From positions 1 through 14,683 of the forward strand of contig JANNWY010000038.1 of the NCBI GenBank assembly GCA_031409335.1: a DNA stretch of 14,683 bases, read 5' to 3'. The stretch is from Chthoniobacteraceae bacterium. Its GTDB lineage: Bacteria > Verrucomicrobiota > Verrucomicrobiia > Chthoniobacterales > Chthoniobacteraceae. Both the position numbers and the translations under genes were made by a program. Shown in pieces: positions 12,206 through 14,683 of the stretch; position 1 is the stretch's first letter; each line of letters begins with the position of its first letter. The notes under the pieces were generated by a model. The model was not told where the DNA came from and ran no database searches. It worked only from the letters and a program-made list of their open reading frames with translations.

Positions 12206-12211
12206 TATCTT
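12206..12211 (+). promoter_or_regulatory. -10 half (TATCTT) of the circle-junction promoter
   Basis: After circularisation at CT it lies 17 nt from TTGCGC (13347-13352). Confidence 0.7.
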
Positions 12212-12217
12212 GGGTTT

Positions 12218-13357
<1,140 letters not shown>

Positions 13358-13434
13358 GACAGTTGCTGACCCTTTCGACACTGCTGTCGAGAAACTTTCG
13401 ATGTCCGCTTCTTCTTTTCGAGCGCAGATGACGG

Positions 13435-13560
13435 GTTCGAGCGTCGAGTAACGCAAGCAGACCGCGTGACTGGCGCGGAGCCTGCCGGGGCGAAGGCGGT
13501 CGCAGGCTCCGTGACAGGCGCGTGGTGTGCGCCGAACGGAGTATCCACCTAACGTTAGGC
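13435..13560 (-). other. Degenerate integron attC-like site
   Basis: GCCTAAC (R''-like, minus strand 13560-13554) lies 10 nt after the ORF stop. A long imperfect hairpin at 13457-13530 has a perfect 10-bp core (13476-13485/13502-13511). No consensus GTTRRRY at the far end. Confidence 0.5.
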
Positions 13561-13570
13561 GCGTTGGTTG

Positions 13571-13918
13571 TCACTCTTTTAGAATCACGATTTTGTCTGC
13601 GATGAATCCGAACGGCGAGGAACTAAAGCCACCGTGAGCGCGAATCCGGACTCCCGGCCGGAGTTCGCCAACCGCGGCGATGACGGTGCCGGTTGTTGAC
13701 CGCTCTCGTCTGATACTCCCGATGACATAAATTGGATCGGTCAGGTGCTTGTCGGTAACTCTGATTTCAGGTCCGTTCAGTGCGGCACCTTTCGGTTCAA
13801 CTGACTTGATGACGTAAATAGTGCGCTGACCACCCAACCATTCGCCGCCATACGTCGGAACAGGCAGGCACAAAGAAAGGATGATTGCTAGAACGTGGAA
13901 TGGTGCGAATCGGATCAT
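13571..13918 (-). CDS. Small putative secreted protein, cassette-like, possibly a DUF5666-like beta-barrel
   Basis: Hydrophobic N-terminus (VLAIILSLCLPVPTYG), visibly lower GC than the core genes, and a C-terminal ELRPGVRIRAHG...IADKIVI pattern; followed by the attC-like site. Confidence 0.55.
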   Translation of the reverse strand: MIRFAPFHVLAIILSLCLPVPTYGGEWLGGQRTIYVIKSVEPKGAALNGPEIRVTDKHLTDPIYVIGSIRRERSTTGTVIAAVGELRPGVRIRAHGGFSSSPFGFIADKIVILKE

Positions 13919-13961
13919 TCGGAGGCTGGCAGGTTGCGCGCTCAGACGCCTAGACTTTATG

Positions 13962-14128
13962 GCTGCCCTCCGTGTGAGCGCGGCGTTTTCTGAAAGGGGA
14001 AGCGGTGTGCTTGAAGGAGTGGCGGAGTCGCGGGTTGCGCGGGATAAACCGTGCCGAGCCGCATTCTGTGCGGGATCACCGCCGGAGCGGCGTCACCAAT
14101 AATAAAGCCAACACACAACAAGCACACC
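13962..14128 (+). ncRNA. Candidate structured guide RNA of the second IS110
   Basis: Hairpin 13962-13984; perfect 10-bp stem 14004-14013/14119-14128 enclosing hairpins 14029-14053, 14059-14073 and 14079-14090. Confidence 0.5.
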
Positions 14129-14683
14129 ATGAACAAAGAACTACTGTTTGTCGGACTCGATGTCCACGCGAAAAACATCACCGTGGCCCTCGCCGAAGGC
14201 GGGGGCGGCGAAGCCCGCCTTTACGGCACCATCCCCAACGATCTGCACGCGCTGGAGAAGGTTTTCGCCAAACTCAGGAAGGCCCATCCGGGCACCGAAC
14301 TGCGCGTCTGCTACGAGGCGGGGCCGACCGGCTTCGTGCTGGCGCGGCGGCTCGCACAGCTCAAGATCCACTGCACGGTTGTCGCCCCTTCGCTGATCCC
14401 CACCAAGAGCGGCGAGCGGATCAAGACCGACCGGCGCGACGCGCTCAAGCTGGCCCGCCTGCACCGCGCCGGGGAGCTGACGGCGGTGCATGTGCCCGAC
14501 GCGAGCGATGAAGCCATGCGCGACCTCTGCCGGGCGCGCACGGATGCCGTGCAGGATCTGCGGCGCGGCCGGGCGCAGCTCAAAGCCTTCCTTTTACGCA
14601 ATGGCTACCGCTATACAGGCAAGAGTGCGTGGACCGAGGCCCACCGGCGCTACCTGCGCGAGTTAGTCCTCCCACACGCCGCG
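14129..14683 (+). CDS. IS110 family transposase, N-terminal part (absent from the ORF track because there is no stop in the window)
   Basis: My translation reads MNKELLFVGLDVHAKNI...CYEAGPTGF...VVAPSLIP...IKTDRRDALKLARL...EAMRDLCRAR and stays open to the window end. Confidence 0.93.
   Translation, partial: MNKELLFVGLDVHAKNITVALAEGGGGEARLYGTIPNDLHALEKVFAKLRKAHPGTELRVCYEAGPTGFVLARRLAQLKIHCTVVAPSLIPTKSGERIKTDRRDALKLARLHRAGELTAVHVPDASDEAMRDLCRARTDAVQDLRRGRAQLKAFLLRNGYRYTGKSAWTEAHRRYLRELVLPHAA

Larger units (their letters stand above)
13945..14683 (+). mobile_element. Second IS110-family element, 5' part only, left boundary approximate
   Basis: Structured non-coding leader of about 180 bp with a -10-like TAGACT (13951-13956), followed by a DEDD transposase running off the window. 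Confidence 0.75.

Noticed and set aside
13373..13392. Hairpin TCGACA-CTGC-TGTCGA just right of the first IS110, as an IS end or terminator
   Set aside because: Lies outside the CT-defined element, has a short stem and no adjacent U-tract. It may belong to the RAYT flank but that is unsupported.

Overview
GC-rich bacterial window, probably Verrucomicrobia/Chthoniobacterales-like (inferred only from the style of the repeats and the RAYT). Bases 1-10.9 kb are core genes: purK-purE (-), aroK-queG-proB (+), pyrG-kdsB (-), rmlB-rmlD (+) and an OmpR-family two-component pair (+), with several REP-like or simple repeats between and inside them. Bases 11.1-14.7 kb are a nested mobile-DNA hotspot: a decayed REP-associated tyrosine transposase (RAYT), a complete IS110 element inserted into the RAYT stop codon, a degenerate attC-like site with a small cassette-like gene, and the 5' part of a second IS110. 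The best finding is that the first IS110 can be decoded from sequence alone. It has a CT core at both ends, a sigma70 promoter formed only on the circular junction, and a bridge RNA whose target and donor loops match its own insertion site (GGA-CT-GACCC) and donor junction (ACAGTTG-CT-TG). It is a bridge-recombinase system of a known class, apparently programmed against the motif at a RAYT 3' end.
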